Virus record (IMG/VR): IMGVR_UViG_3300032216_000506
Coordinates: 1 to 38,480 of that record
DNA from: a virus
Lineage: Duplodnaviria; Caudoviricetes
Length of the DNA: 38,480 nucleotides
Reading direction: 5' to 3' (one strand)
The notes beneath the pieces were generated by a model. That model was given only the letters and a program-made list of their open reading frames with translations. It had not been told where the DNA came from and did no database searches. Every line of letters starts with the position of its first letter. Positions within the stretch are counted from its first letter, which is position 1. This document shows, in pieces, positions 1 through 9,274 of this stretch. The position numbers and the translations under genes are program-made.

Positions 1-123
1 GCGACAAACGGATAATCAACTTTAGTTGATTGACGGGTGGGGCTAGGGCAACCTAGCCTCATCAGTAAGTTCACTAAGGAGAACTAATGGCATACACGGC
101 AACAACACCTTGGGAGTACCAAA
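1..123. repeat. Terminal direct repeat copy 1 (identical to 38358-38480); circular-assembly overlap
   Basis: Exact 123-bp identity of window start and end; the repeat cuts through the capsid 3' end and the next gene. Confidence 0.95.
13..63 (+). terminator. Tandem hairpins after the major capsid stop (attenuator or mRNA-stability element)
   Basis: taatcaac/gttgattg (13-20/25-32) and a 12-bp stem 36-47/52-63 with a GCAA tetraloop; G-U pairs form only on +; no U-tract. Confidence 0.6.
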
Positions 124-413
124 CCTGGGGTGCATCAGAACCTTGGCCAGATAAATACACACGCCTATCACAGCGTCGTATTACTGGTGGTACAACTACT
201 GGTGCTATTAACCCATTCCTTACTGACATCGCTCGTGGTGTAACTCTTATTGTAAAGAACGGTAGCGTTGAGGCAACCCTGTATCCATATCAGGACACCT
301 TGGCAGATGCAGACTTTTATATACTAGGTGGGCATACACAAACAATTACAGATGCGCAGGCAGCAATCCTTATTGCTGCAGGCTATGGAGATTATGTGAG
401 TCCAATAGTATGA
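87..413 (+). CDS. Putative virion (head-associated) protein
   Basis: 108-aa ORF with AAGGAG RBS, first gene after the capsid. Confidence 0.7.
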   Translation: MAYTATTPWEYQTWGASEPWPDKYTRLSQRRITGGTTTGAINPFLTDIARGVTLIVKNGSVEATLYPYQDTLADADFYILGGHTQTITDAQAAILIAAGYGDYVSPIV

Positions 414-670
414 GTAAGCACCGCAGAGAGATACACCCAGTAGAAGTAGATGGTTGTTTCGGTTGCAAGATTAGTGGCCTTCAACTATCTGTAGGAGCAG
501 CACGCAACGATGGCATTCCTACAGCCAAAGCACACGATAAAGAATTAGGTTCCTACTATGACGCAATCCGTCAAGGAATCGAACCGGTATCTACTAAGCA
601 AAAAGATATCGATGCTGCAGTCCGACTCAGCAATGACACAGGTGTTGCCTTTGATGGCAACAAACTATAA
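410..670 (+). CDS. Hypothetical protein with H..H/CxxC motif
   Basis: ATGA overlap with the previous gene; HRREIHP...CFGCK. Confidence 0.75.
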   Translation: MSKHRREIHPVEVDGCFGCKISGLQLSVGAARNDGIPTAKAHDKELGSYYDAIRQGIEPVSTKQKDIDAAVRLSNDTGVAFDGNKL

Positions 671-681
671 AGGAGAAACAA

Positions 682-843
682 ATGGCAGATACAGGCGACA
701 AAGCGCAGTCAACTGACTTTGTTCCATTCGACAGAGTAAACAAGGGTGGGATCACTCCTTCAATGCCTGCTGGTGGACAGACAGCTATGACTAAGGGAAA
801 TACAGCGACATTCGCTGCTGGTAAGAAGTCGGTGAGCAAGTAA
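682..843 (+). CDS. Small hypothetical protein (53 aa, MADTGDKAQS...)
   Basis: Translated by eye; AAGGAG RBS; TAATG coupling to the next ORF. Confidence 0.75.
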   Translation: MADTGDKAQSTDFVPFDRVNKGGITPSMPAGGQTAMTKGNTATFAAGKKSVSK

Positions 844-956
844 TGTGCGCCGTATGTGGTTGCGGTTATGCAACATACGATGACATTGAGACGGGTGCTC
901 CGGCAAACGAAATGGGATACACAAACGAACTTACCGAAAAGACGGAGATTGAATAA
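843..956 (+). CDS. Small acidic peptide with N-terminal MCxxCGC motif (37 aa)
   Basis: MCAVCGCGYATYDDIETG...; TAATG-coupled on both sides. Confidence 0.65.
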   Translation: MCAVCGCGYATYDDIETGAPANEMGYTNELTEKTEIE

Positions 957-1132
957 TGAAGAAGCATCCAGGATTCAAGGCGGTAGCAAAGAAAGTTGCT
1001 GCAAAGCAAGGTGTCTCAATGGAACGTGCGGGTGCAATAGTTGCTGCGGGTGCGAGGAAAGCTTCCCCGGCTGCAGTCAAGGCCAATCCAAACCTTAAGA
1101 AGGTTTCTGGTATGAAGAAGAAGATGGGCTAA
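956..1132 (+). CDS. Small Lys/Ala-rich basic protein (58 aa)
   Basis: MKKHPGFKAVAKKVAAKQG...; TAATG-coupled on both sides. Confidence 0.8.
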   Translation: MKKHPGFKAVAKKVAAKQGVSMERAGAIVAAGARKASPAAVKANPNLKKVSGMKKKMG

Positions 1133-1320
1133 TGGCTCGTCAGCTTTATACTGAAAAGGGTGACGCTAAGGTAGATAAGAAGATGGTTGCAAAACTATCC
1201 CCTGCCCAAAAGAAAGCCTTTGAAGCGCAAGATAAGAAGCACAAGAAGGTTAAGTTTCAGGATCAAGATAACGCTATTGATAAGAAGATTATCAAGGGTA
1301 TTAAAAAGAAAGTAAAGTAA
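1132..1320 (+). CDS. Small Lys-rich basic protein
   Basis: 62-aa ORF, stop/start coupled. Confidence 0.75.
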   Translation: MARQLYTEKGDAKVDKKMVAKLSPAQKKAFEAQDKKHKKVKFQDQDNAIDKKIIKGIKKKVK

Positions 1321-1622
1321 TGGCTTCTCCAGCTTGGCAAACTAAAAAAGGTCAAAACCCAAAGGGTGGACTTAACGCAGCAGGTCGTGCATCTGCTAAA
1401 GCAGAAGGACATAACCTAAAGCCGCCAGTTAAGTCTGGAGATAACCCACGCAGAGCATCATTCCTTGCTCGTATGGGTAACTCTGCAGGACCTGAGCGCA
1501 AGCCTAATGGGGAACCAACTCGCTTGCTGTTATCGCTACAAGCGTGGGGTGCATCTAGCAAAGCTGATGCTAAAAAGAAAGCGGCAGCAATATCTGCTCG
1601 CAATAAAAATAAGAAGAAGTGA
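1320..1622 (+). CDS. Basic phage protein (DUF6321-like)
   Basis: KGQNPKGGLNAAGRAS...RRASFLARM motif; family recalled from memory. Confidence 0.7.
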   Translation: MASPAWQTKKGQNPKGGLNAAGRASAKAEGHNLKPPVKSGDNPRRASFLARMGNSAGPERKPNGEPTRLLLSLQAWGASSKADAKKKAAAISARNKNKKK

Positions 1623-1629
1623 GGCATAG

Positions 1630-1919
1630 GTGTCATACGGTACATACGGATCAACTCTTAATGACGAATTGAATCGTCTTGCAAACGGTGGCACCTATCC
1701 TGCACGTCAGGATTACAAAGACCAAGCGGGAGCAGCACAGGCTTGGGCTGCAGCTAAAAGCATCAGTCTTGCCGGTCAGGTAACAGACCTTGTTGGAGTT
1801 CTTAACTACATCAATGGTGTTACTAACCGCGCTCTAATGCTAGACCTAGCAGGAGTCTGCAACTCACTTGCTGGTACAACTCAGCTTGAACCTGCAGCAG
1901 CGCTGCGCGAGGTGGCTAA

Positions 1920-1923
<4 letters not shown>
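1630..1923 (+). CDS. Hypothetical virion protein
   Basis: 97-aa ORF in the structural operon. Confidence 0.7.
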
Positions 1924-3745
<1,822 letters not shown>

Positions 3746-3748
<3 letters not shown>

Positions 3749-3757
3749 ACTTTAGCA
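3746..3757 (+). promoter_or_regulatory. Candidate leaderless promoter (-10 TAGACT, 6 nt, ATG)
   Basis: TAGACT 3746-3751, then ttagca, then ATG 3758; no clear SD. Confidence 0.5.
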
Positions 3758-4828
3758 ATGAAAATTGCTATATATACCATTTGTCGGAATGAGGAGAAAA
3801 CAGTTGAGCGCTGGTATGAATCAACCAGAGATGCTGACTACCACATCCTCACAGACACAGGGTCAACCGACAACACAGTTGAGCTTGCTAGAAGTCTTGG
3901 TATCACGGTCCATCAGATTGCTCTCAATCCCTTTAGGTTTGATGACGCGAGAAATGCGTCGCTGAATCTAGTACCAGCAGATGTTGATTACTGCGTAGCG
4001 TTGGATGCAGATGAAGTGCTTGCACCAGGTTGGCGTGAGGCTTTAGAGAAAGCGCACGAAGCAAGAATTGATAGACCAACCTATCGCCGCATTGAAGCAT
4101 TCAATGAAGATGGATCTGTAGCTACAGAGTTTAATGGTTTTAAGGTACACCGCAGATTTGGTATCAGATGGCATTACCCAATACACGAAGTACCACACTG
4201 GTACTCAACAGAAGTTGAAAAGTCTGAGTTTATCCAAGGCTTTGAAGTACATCATCACCAAAACAAGGAAACATCTAGGGCACAGTACTTACCGCTACTA
4301 GAGATGGCAGTCAAGGAAAACCCTGACGCTAGAAACTTGTACTACTTAGGACGAGAACTGTCCTACTACAAGCAGTTTGATAGATGTACTGAAATACTCA
4401 AGCAGTATTTAGAGAAGTCAATCTTTCAGCAAGAGCGTAGCGCAGCTTGTCGAATACTAGGGCAAGCAGAACCTGATAAGGCAGAAGATTGGTTTATGAA
4501 GTCCATTGAAGAATGGCCTAGTCGTGAATCATATCTAGCGCTAGCAAACTATTACTACCTGCGTAAAGACTGGGATGAGTGCCACCTTGTAGCAAAGGCT
4601 GCACTGGACTACGACACAAAGCCGATGGAGTTCTTAGCCGAAGCGTGGGCGTGGGGACATATGGCAGATGACTTAGTTGCAGTCAGTGCGTGGCAACTAG
4701 GAGATTTTGAAACAGCACTGAAGCACGGAGTTAAGGCGCTAGAGATATCGCCTAACGATGAAAGATTACAAAGCAATGTGGAATACTACCGAGGGAAAAT
4801 AGATGGCAACATTCAGCCAACTGGTTAA
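3758..4828 (+). CDS. GT2-family glycosyltransferase with TPR-like C-terminus
   Basis: IYTICRNEE, DTGSTD, LDADE (DxD) and IHE motifs; helical repeats in the C-terminal half. Confidence 0.9.
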   Translation: MKIAIYTICRNEEKTVERWYESTRDADYHILTDTGSTDNTVELARSLGITVHQIALNPFRFDDARNASLNLVPADVDYCVALDADEVLAPGWREALEKAHEARIDRPTYRRIEAFNEDGSVATEFNGFKVHRRFGIRWHYPIHEVPHWYSTEVEKSEFIQGFEVHHHQNKETSRAQYLPLLEMAVKENPDARNLYYLGRELSYYKQFDRCTEILKQYLEKSIFQQERSAACRILGQAEPDKAEDWFMKSIEEWPSRESYLALANYYYLRKDWDECHLVAKAALDYDTKPMEFLAEAWAWGHMADDLVAVSAWQLGDFETALKHGVKALEISPNDERLQSNVEYYRGKIDGNIQPTG

Positions 4829-5705
4829 TGAAGTACAGACTAACCTGCAAGGTTACACCCTGCGCCAAGATCGTATTACTAACTTGGCTAACTCCGGTGG
4901 CATCTCTGCTACTGACCTATCTATCAAGATTGGTTCAGCAGATAACCTTGCTAAAGGCATCATCCAGATTGACGATGAACTTATCTGGGTTAACTCCTTT
5001 GACCGACAGAACCTTGTCCTTAACGTAATACCAGGCTTTGGTCGTGGCTATATGGGTACAACACCAAGCCCACACGCTGAGAATGCTCGCATCATTCTGA
5101 CTCCTACATTCCCAGTAAATATGATTCAGCAGGCTATCAACGATTCAATTAACTCATTGTATCCAAAGTTATTCCAAGTAGCCTCAACCACCTTTACCTT
5201 TAACGCAGCACAGATTGCGTACCCACTACCAGATGATGCACGCGACTTGCTCTTTATCTCGTGGCAAACACCTGGTCCATCTAAAGAATGGCTACCAGTA
5301 AACCACTGGCGCATTGACCGAATGGCAAATGTCTCTGCATTTAATACTAACAAGACGGTGAATATCTATGAAAAGATTGTCCCTGGTCGTACGGTCCAAG
5401 TCTATTATTCCACTATCCCAAGTAACCTCACTAACAGTAATGATGACTTTGCTGGCGTTACAGGCTTACCGGCATCGTCAAGAGATGTCGTTACTCTTGG
5501 AGCTGCGTACAGACTCCTCTCTTACGTTGATACTGGTCGTATTAACCTCTCAAGCGCTGAAGCAGATTTAGCAGATACCAAGCTTCCATCTACTGCAGGT
5601 GCATCTGCTTCCAAGTATGTCTTTGCTCTATACCAGCAACGCCTACAAGAAGAATCAAACAAGCTTCAAGACCGCTTTCCGATACGAATTCACTATACCA
5701 AGTAA
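4803..5705 (+). CDS. Tail tubular/adaptor protein (podovirus-type)
   Basis: 300 aa; position and AINDSIN...YPLP pattern; function inferred. Confidence 0.55.
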   Translation: MATFSQLVNEVQTNLQGYTLRQDRITNLANSGGISATDLSIKIGSADNLAKGIIQIDDELIWVNSFDRQNLVLNVIPGFGRGYMGTTPSPHAENARIILTPTFPVNMIQQAINDSINSLYPKLFQVASTTFTFNAAQIAYPLPDDARDLLFISWQTPGPSKEWLPVNHWRIDRMANVSAFNTNKTVNIYEKIVPGRTVQVYYSTIPSNLTNSNDDFAGVTGLPASSRDVVTLGAAYRLLSYVDTGRINLSSAEADLADTKLPSTAGASASKYVFALYQQRLQEESNKLQDRFPIRIHYTK

Positions 5706-5720
5706 AGAAAAGGCAGCATA

Positions 5721-6572
5721 ATGACTCGGTTATATTCCAGCATCTCGGTTGAGACAATCCTCTCGGCCAGTATTACAAGCTCACAGACATCTATGGCTGT
5801 TACTACCGGTACTGGGTCTTCACTCCTTGGCGGTGTCACACTTGCTGCAGGTAACGTAGATCAGTTCACTATCGCTATTGACCCTGATACTACCAACGAA
5901 GAGATTTGCTTTATCACAGCAAACTCTGGTGATACCTTTACAATCGTAAGAGGTCGAGCAGGTACTACAGCAATTACCCACGCATCAGGAGCAGCAGTAC
6001 GACACGTACTGACCTCAGATGATTTGATTTACTTTAACGGTGCAGTGCAGCCATCAACGCTGACTACTAAGGGCGATACCTATGTGGCAACGGCTGCAAG
6101 CACAGTCACACGTCTTGGCGTAGGAACCGATGGTCAGGTGCTGACAGCAGATAGCACACAGACAAAGGGTATGAAGTGGGCTACGCCTTCATCGCTTCCA
6201 TCACAGACTGGTAACTCTGGCAAGTATCTCACAACTGATGGTTCTACTACATCGTGGGGAACTGCAGTATCTACGCTAACTATTCCAATCAACGCGCAAA
6301 CTGGTACTGCCTACACGCTTGTAGGAACAGATGCGACCAAGTTGGTTACTTTGACTAATGCAAACCCTATTACATTAACTGTGCCTAATGGGATATTTAC
6401 TGCAGGGCAGTACATTGACTTGCAGCAATCTGGCGCTGGACAGGTCACGGTTCAATCAGATGGAACTACAGTGATTACTGGTACTGGTACTAAGACTCGT
6501 GCTCAGTACTCAGCAGCAACCTTAGTTTGTACCTCAACTAACAACTTCACCTTGATTGGGGATATCGCTTAA
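5721..6572 (+). CDS. Tail fibre protein
   Basis: TTKGD..RLGVGTDGQVLTADS and LPSQTGNSGKYLTTDG fibre motifs; C-terminal adaptor domain. Confidence 0.8.
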   Translation: MTRLYSSISVETILSASITSSQTSMAVTTGTGSSLLGGVTLAAGNVDQFTIAIDPDTTNEEICFITANSGDTFTIVRGRAGTTAITHASGAAVRHVLTSDDLIYFNGAVQPSTLTTKGDTYVATAASTVTRLGVGTDGQVLTADSTQTKGMKWATPSSLPSQTGNSGKYLTTDGSTTSWGTAVSTLTIPINAQTGTAYTLVGTDATKLVTLTNANPITLTVPNGIFTAGQYIDLQQSGAGQVTVQSDGTTVITGTGTKTRAQYSAATLVCTSTNNFTLIGDIA

Positions 6573-6904
6573 TGGCAACCGTATATAAAGTACTAGGGCA
6601 GTCGGCTCCTACGGCAGCAACAGCAACATCGTTGTATACCGTACCAGCTGCTACCTCAACAGTAGTATCTACAATCAATGTGGTTAACACTGCTGCTTCT
6701 GCAGCAGATACAATCCGTATTGCAGTCCGTCCAGCAGGTGCTGCTCTTGCTACACAGCACTACATCGTATACGGAGTCAGCTTATCAGCAGGCTCAACCT
6801 TTACATACACAGGTGGTATTACGCTGGCAACAACTGATGTTGTAACAATTTATTCAGCAAATGGCACAAGTTCATTTAACGCATTCGGATCGGAGATTGC
6901 ATAA
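6572..6904 (+). CDS. Small tail-fibre-associated beta protein
   Basis: MATVYKVLGQ..LYTVP; TAATG-coupled. Confidence 0.7.
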   Translation: MATVYKVLGQSAPTAATATSLYTVPAATSTVVSTINVVNTAASAADTIRIAVRPAGAALATQHYIVYGVSLSAGSTFTYTGGITLATTDVVTIYSANGTSSFNAFGSEIA

Positions 6905-7320
6905 TGGCTGTTGATATAACTCCCAATCCTAACGTCGTAGGTCCTACAGGACCGACTGGCCCTACTGGGCCAACAGGTGCTACCGGCGCTACAGGCGCAG
7001 CAGGCGGTGGCATCTCAGGCTTTAACGCTCAGACAGGCACTACCTATACTTTAGTATCAAGTGATGTTAATAGACTTGTTACGGAATCTAATGCTTCTGG
7101 TATTACAGTAACAGTTCCACCTTCAGTATTTTCTGCTAATGATGTTATTAACGTGCAACAGATTGGTGCAGGACAAGTTACTTTTGCTGCAGGATCTGGT
7201 GTAACTATTACATCTAATGGTGCTACCTCAGCAGCACCAAAGATTAGAGCGCAGTACTCAGCCTGCTCAGTTATCTGTACAGCAAGCAATACGTTTACGA
7301 TTGTGGGGGACATCAGCTAA
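6904..7320 (+). CDS. Short collagen + adaptor-domain tail protein
   Basis: GPT repeats, then a domain paralogous to the C-terminus of 5721-6572. Confidence 0.75.
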   Translation: MAVDITPNPNVVGPTGPTGPTGPTGATGATGAAGGGISGFNAQTGTTYTLVSSDVNRLVTESNASGITVTVPPSVFSANDVINVQQIGAGQVTFAAGSGVTITSNGATSAAPKIRAQYSACSVICTASNTFTIVGDIS

Positions 7321-7907
7321 TGCCTATTCTTGGAATTATTGCTTCGCAAATCTCAGGCCATCTTTATCCAACAACAGGATTTGTATCTATTGCTACGCAA
7401 ACTGTAGGTTCAGGCGGGGCAGCATCTGTTGAATTTACAAACATTCCTAATGTATATAAGCACCTTCAAATTCGTTGTTTGTCTCGTATGACTTCAACTT
7501 CAATTCGTGTAAATATGCAAGTAGGAAATACAACTATTGATACAGGGTCTAATTACAACTGGCACTCACTTGGCGGTGACGGAGTTTCTGCTTTTGGCTA
7601 CACTCCAGGTCCTAATCTTAACTACATACAAGCTAATTCGTCAGTTCAAAGTTCAGAAATTGCAAATGCTTTTGGTGTTGGTATAATCGATATTCTTGAT
7701 TACGCATCAACCAACAAAAATAAAACTTTTAGAATGCTGACAGGAACAGATTTGAATTCATATGCAGGTGGAAATTATTTTGTTGGATTAAATTCTGGTG
7801 CTTGGTTTAGCACTTCTGCAATAGATAGAATTAAACTTTATCCAAATGGCGCTGGAAACATTGCGCAATATAGTCAATTCGCACTTTACGGAATTCAGGG
7901 GGCTTAA
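7320..7907 (+). CDS. Putative receptor-binding subunit, paralogue 1
   Basis: IATQTVGSGGAASVEFTNIP...LYGI shared with the next two genes. Confidence 0.65.
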   Translation: MPILGIIASQISGHLYPTTGFVSIATQTVGSGGAASVEFTNIPNVYKHLQIRCLSRMTSTSIRVNMQVGNTTIDTGSNYNWHSLGGDGVSAFGYTPGPNLNYIQANSSVQSSEIANAFGVGIIDILDYASTNKNKTFRMLTGTDLNSYAGGNYFVGLNSGAWFSTSAIDRIKLYPNGAGNIAQYSQFALYGIQGA

Positions 7908-7911
7908 TTAA

Positions 7912-8397
7912 ATGGCAGCCACACAAACTTACGAACCGATTGCTACGCAAACACTTGGTAGCGCAACTGCATCAGTAACATTTTCTTCAATTCCTAGCAC
8001 TTATACAGATTTAATTTGTGTGATTTCTGGAGCTTGTGATGCACCAAGAAACGTACACACTCAAATTAACACCGATTCGGGTACAAACTATTCTTTTACA
8101 GGTTTATATGGAAATGGAACTACTGCTGGATCACAACAATTAACCGGAGAATCAGTTTGGCGTATGACCGCACTCTATACAGCACAAGCAAATCTTATAT
8201 ATCATTTTATGAATTACTCAAACACAACAACATATAAAACTGCTCTTGCTAGAGAAAATAATGCAAACAATGAAATCAAAGCAGCAGTTGGACTTTGGCG
8301 TAGCACTGCAGCAATTAACAGAATTGACTGGCTTTTAAGTGGTGGAACATATAACGCTGGAACAATGTTTACGCTCTACGGAATTAAGGCGGCATAA
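7912..8397 (+). CDS. Putative receptor-binding subunit, paralogue 2
   Basis: IATQTLGSATASVTFSSIP...LYGIK. Confidence 0.65.
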   Translation: MAATQTYEPIATQTLGSATASVTFSSIPSTYTDLICVISGACDAPRNVHTQINTDSGTNYSFTGLYGNGTTAGSQQLTGESVWRMTALYTAQANLIYHFMNYSNTTTYKTALARENNANNEIKAAVGLWRSTAAINRIDWLLSGGTYNAGTMFTLYGIKAA

Positions 8398-8400
8398 CCT

Positions 8401-8901
8401 ATGGCAAATACATATACACTTATCGCTTCTAGCACAGTTGGTTCAGGTGGGGCTGCAACAATTACATTTAGTTCTATTGCATCTACATACACAGACTTAA
8501 AAGTTGTAGTTTCGGGTCGTAATTCGACATCATCCACATCTGATTTAATTCTAAAATTTAATGGAAGTTCTAGTGGGTACACTCAAAAATACATTATTGG
8601 TACTGGTGTTAGTGCAGTTTCTGGTTCTCAAACTTATGGACAAATTGGTATTATGGCTGGAAATTCTACAGCAAATACTTTTGCTACAAATGAGACATAT
8701 ATTCCTAATTATGCATCTTCAAACTATAAATCTTTTTCATCAGATGATGCATATGAAAATAATGCTACGCAAGCGTACGCATCATTCTGGGCAAATTTAT
8801 GGTCAAATACGGCAGCAATTACATCTATTGAATTAAGTAGCGGAACTGGTAATTTTGTTCAATACTCAACTGCTTACCTTTACGGAATCAAGAACTCATA
8901 A
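8401..8901 (+). CDS. Putative receptor-binding subunit, paralogue 3
   Basis: IASSTVGSGGAATITFSSIA...LYGIK. Confidence 0.65.
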   Translation: MANTYTLIASSTVGSGGAATITFSSIASTYTDLKVVVSGRNSTSSTSDLILKFNGSSSGYTQKYIIGTGVSAVSGSQTYGQIGIMAGNSTANTFATNETYIPNYASSNYKSFSSDDAYENNATQAYASFWANLWSNTAAITSIELSSGTGNFVQYSTAYLYGIKNS

Positions 8902-8936
8902 TGGCACTATTCGATAAACTACTAGGGAGAACCACA

Positions 8937-9167
8937 ATGACACGTCCAACACGTATTGAGATTGACTGCTCAACTGGCGTTGAAAGCATCATCGAACTTA
9001 CAGATGCTGAGATTGCACAGATGGAAGCAGATGCTCAGGCAGCAGAGGCTCGCAAGGCTGAGGAAGATGCAGCAGTACAGGCTGCAGCAGATGCTAAGGC
9101 ATCAGCCCAAGCAAAGTTAACAGCACTTGGCTTAACAGCAGATGAGATTGCAGCGCTTACTAAGTAG
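8937..9167 (+). CDS. Tail-fibre assembly chaperone-like coiled-coil protein
   Basis: AGGGAGA RBS before ATG 8937 (alternative start 8901); AKLTALGLTADEIAAL C-terminus. Confidence 0.65.
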   Translation: MTRPTRIEIDCSTGVESIIELTDAEIAQMEADAQAAEARKAEEDAAVQAAADAKASAQAKLTALGLTADEIAALTK

Positions 9168-9274
9168 CTGATCTTGTACAAGTGCGCCATCGTTAACTGC
9201 ACTGCCTACGCTGTCATCAAGGGAATGTGCCTTGAATGCGATAAGAAATTCCGTAAACAATTTAAGGAGAAGTA

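Noticed and set aside
1-123. Terminal repeat as a biological T7-like DTR
   Set aside because: It falls in the middle of the late operon, cutting coding sequence, which fits an assembly overlap; real ends are more likely in 23905-24450.
856-1098. 80-aa ORF from the track
   Set aside because: Out of frame with two better, stop/start-coupled ORFs (843-956 and 956-1132).
7320-8901. Diversity-generating retroelement or invertible shufflon acting on the paralogous tail genes
   Set aside because: No reverse transcriptase or recombinase, no near-identical TR/VR pair differing at adenines, and all copies are co-oriented.
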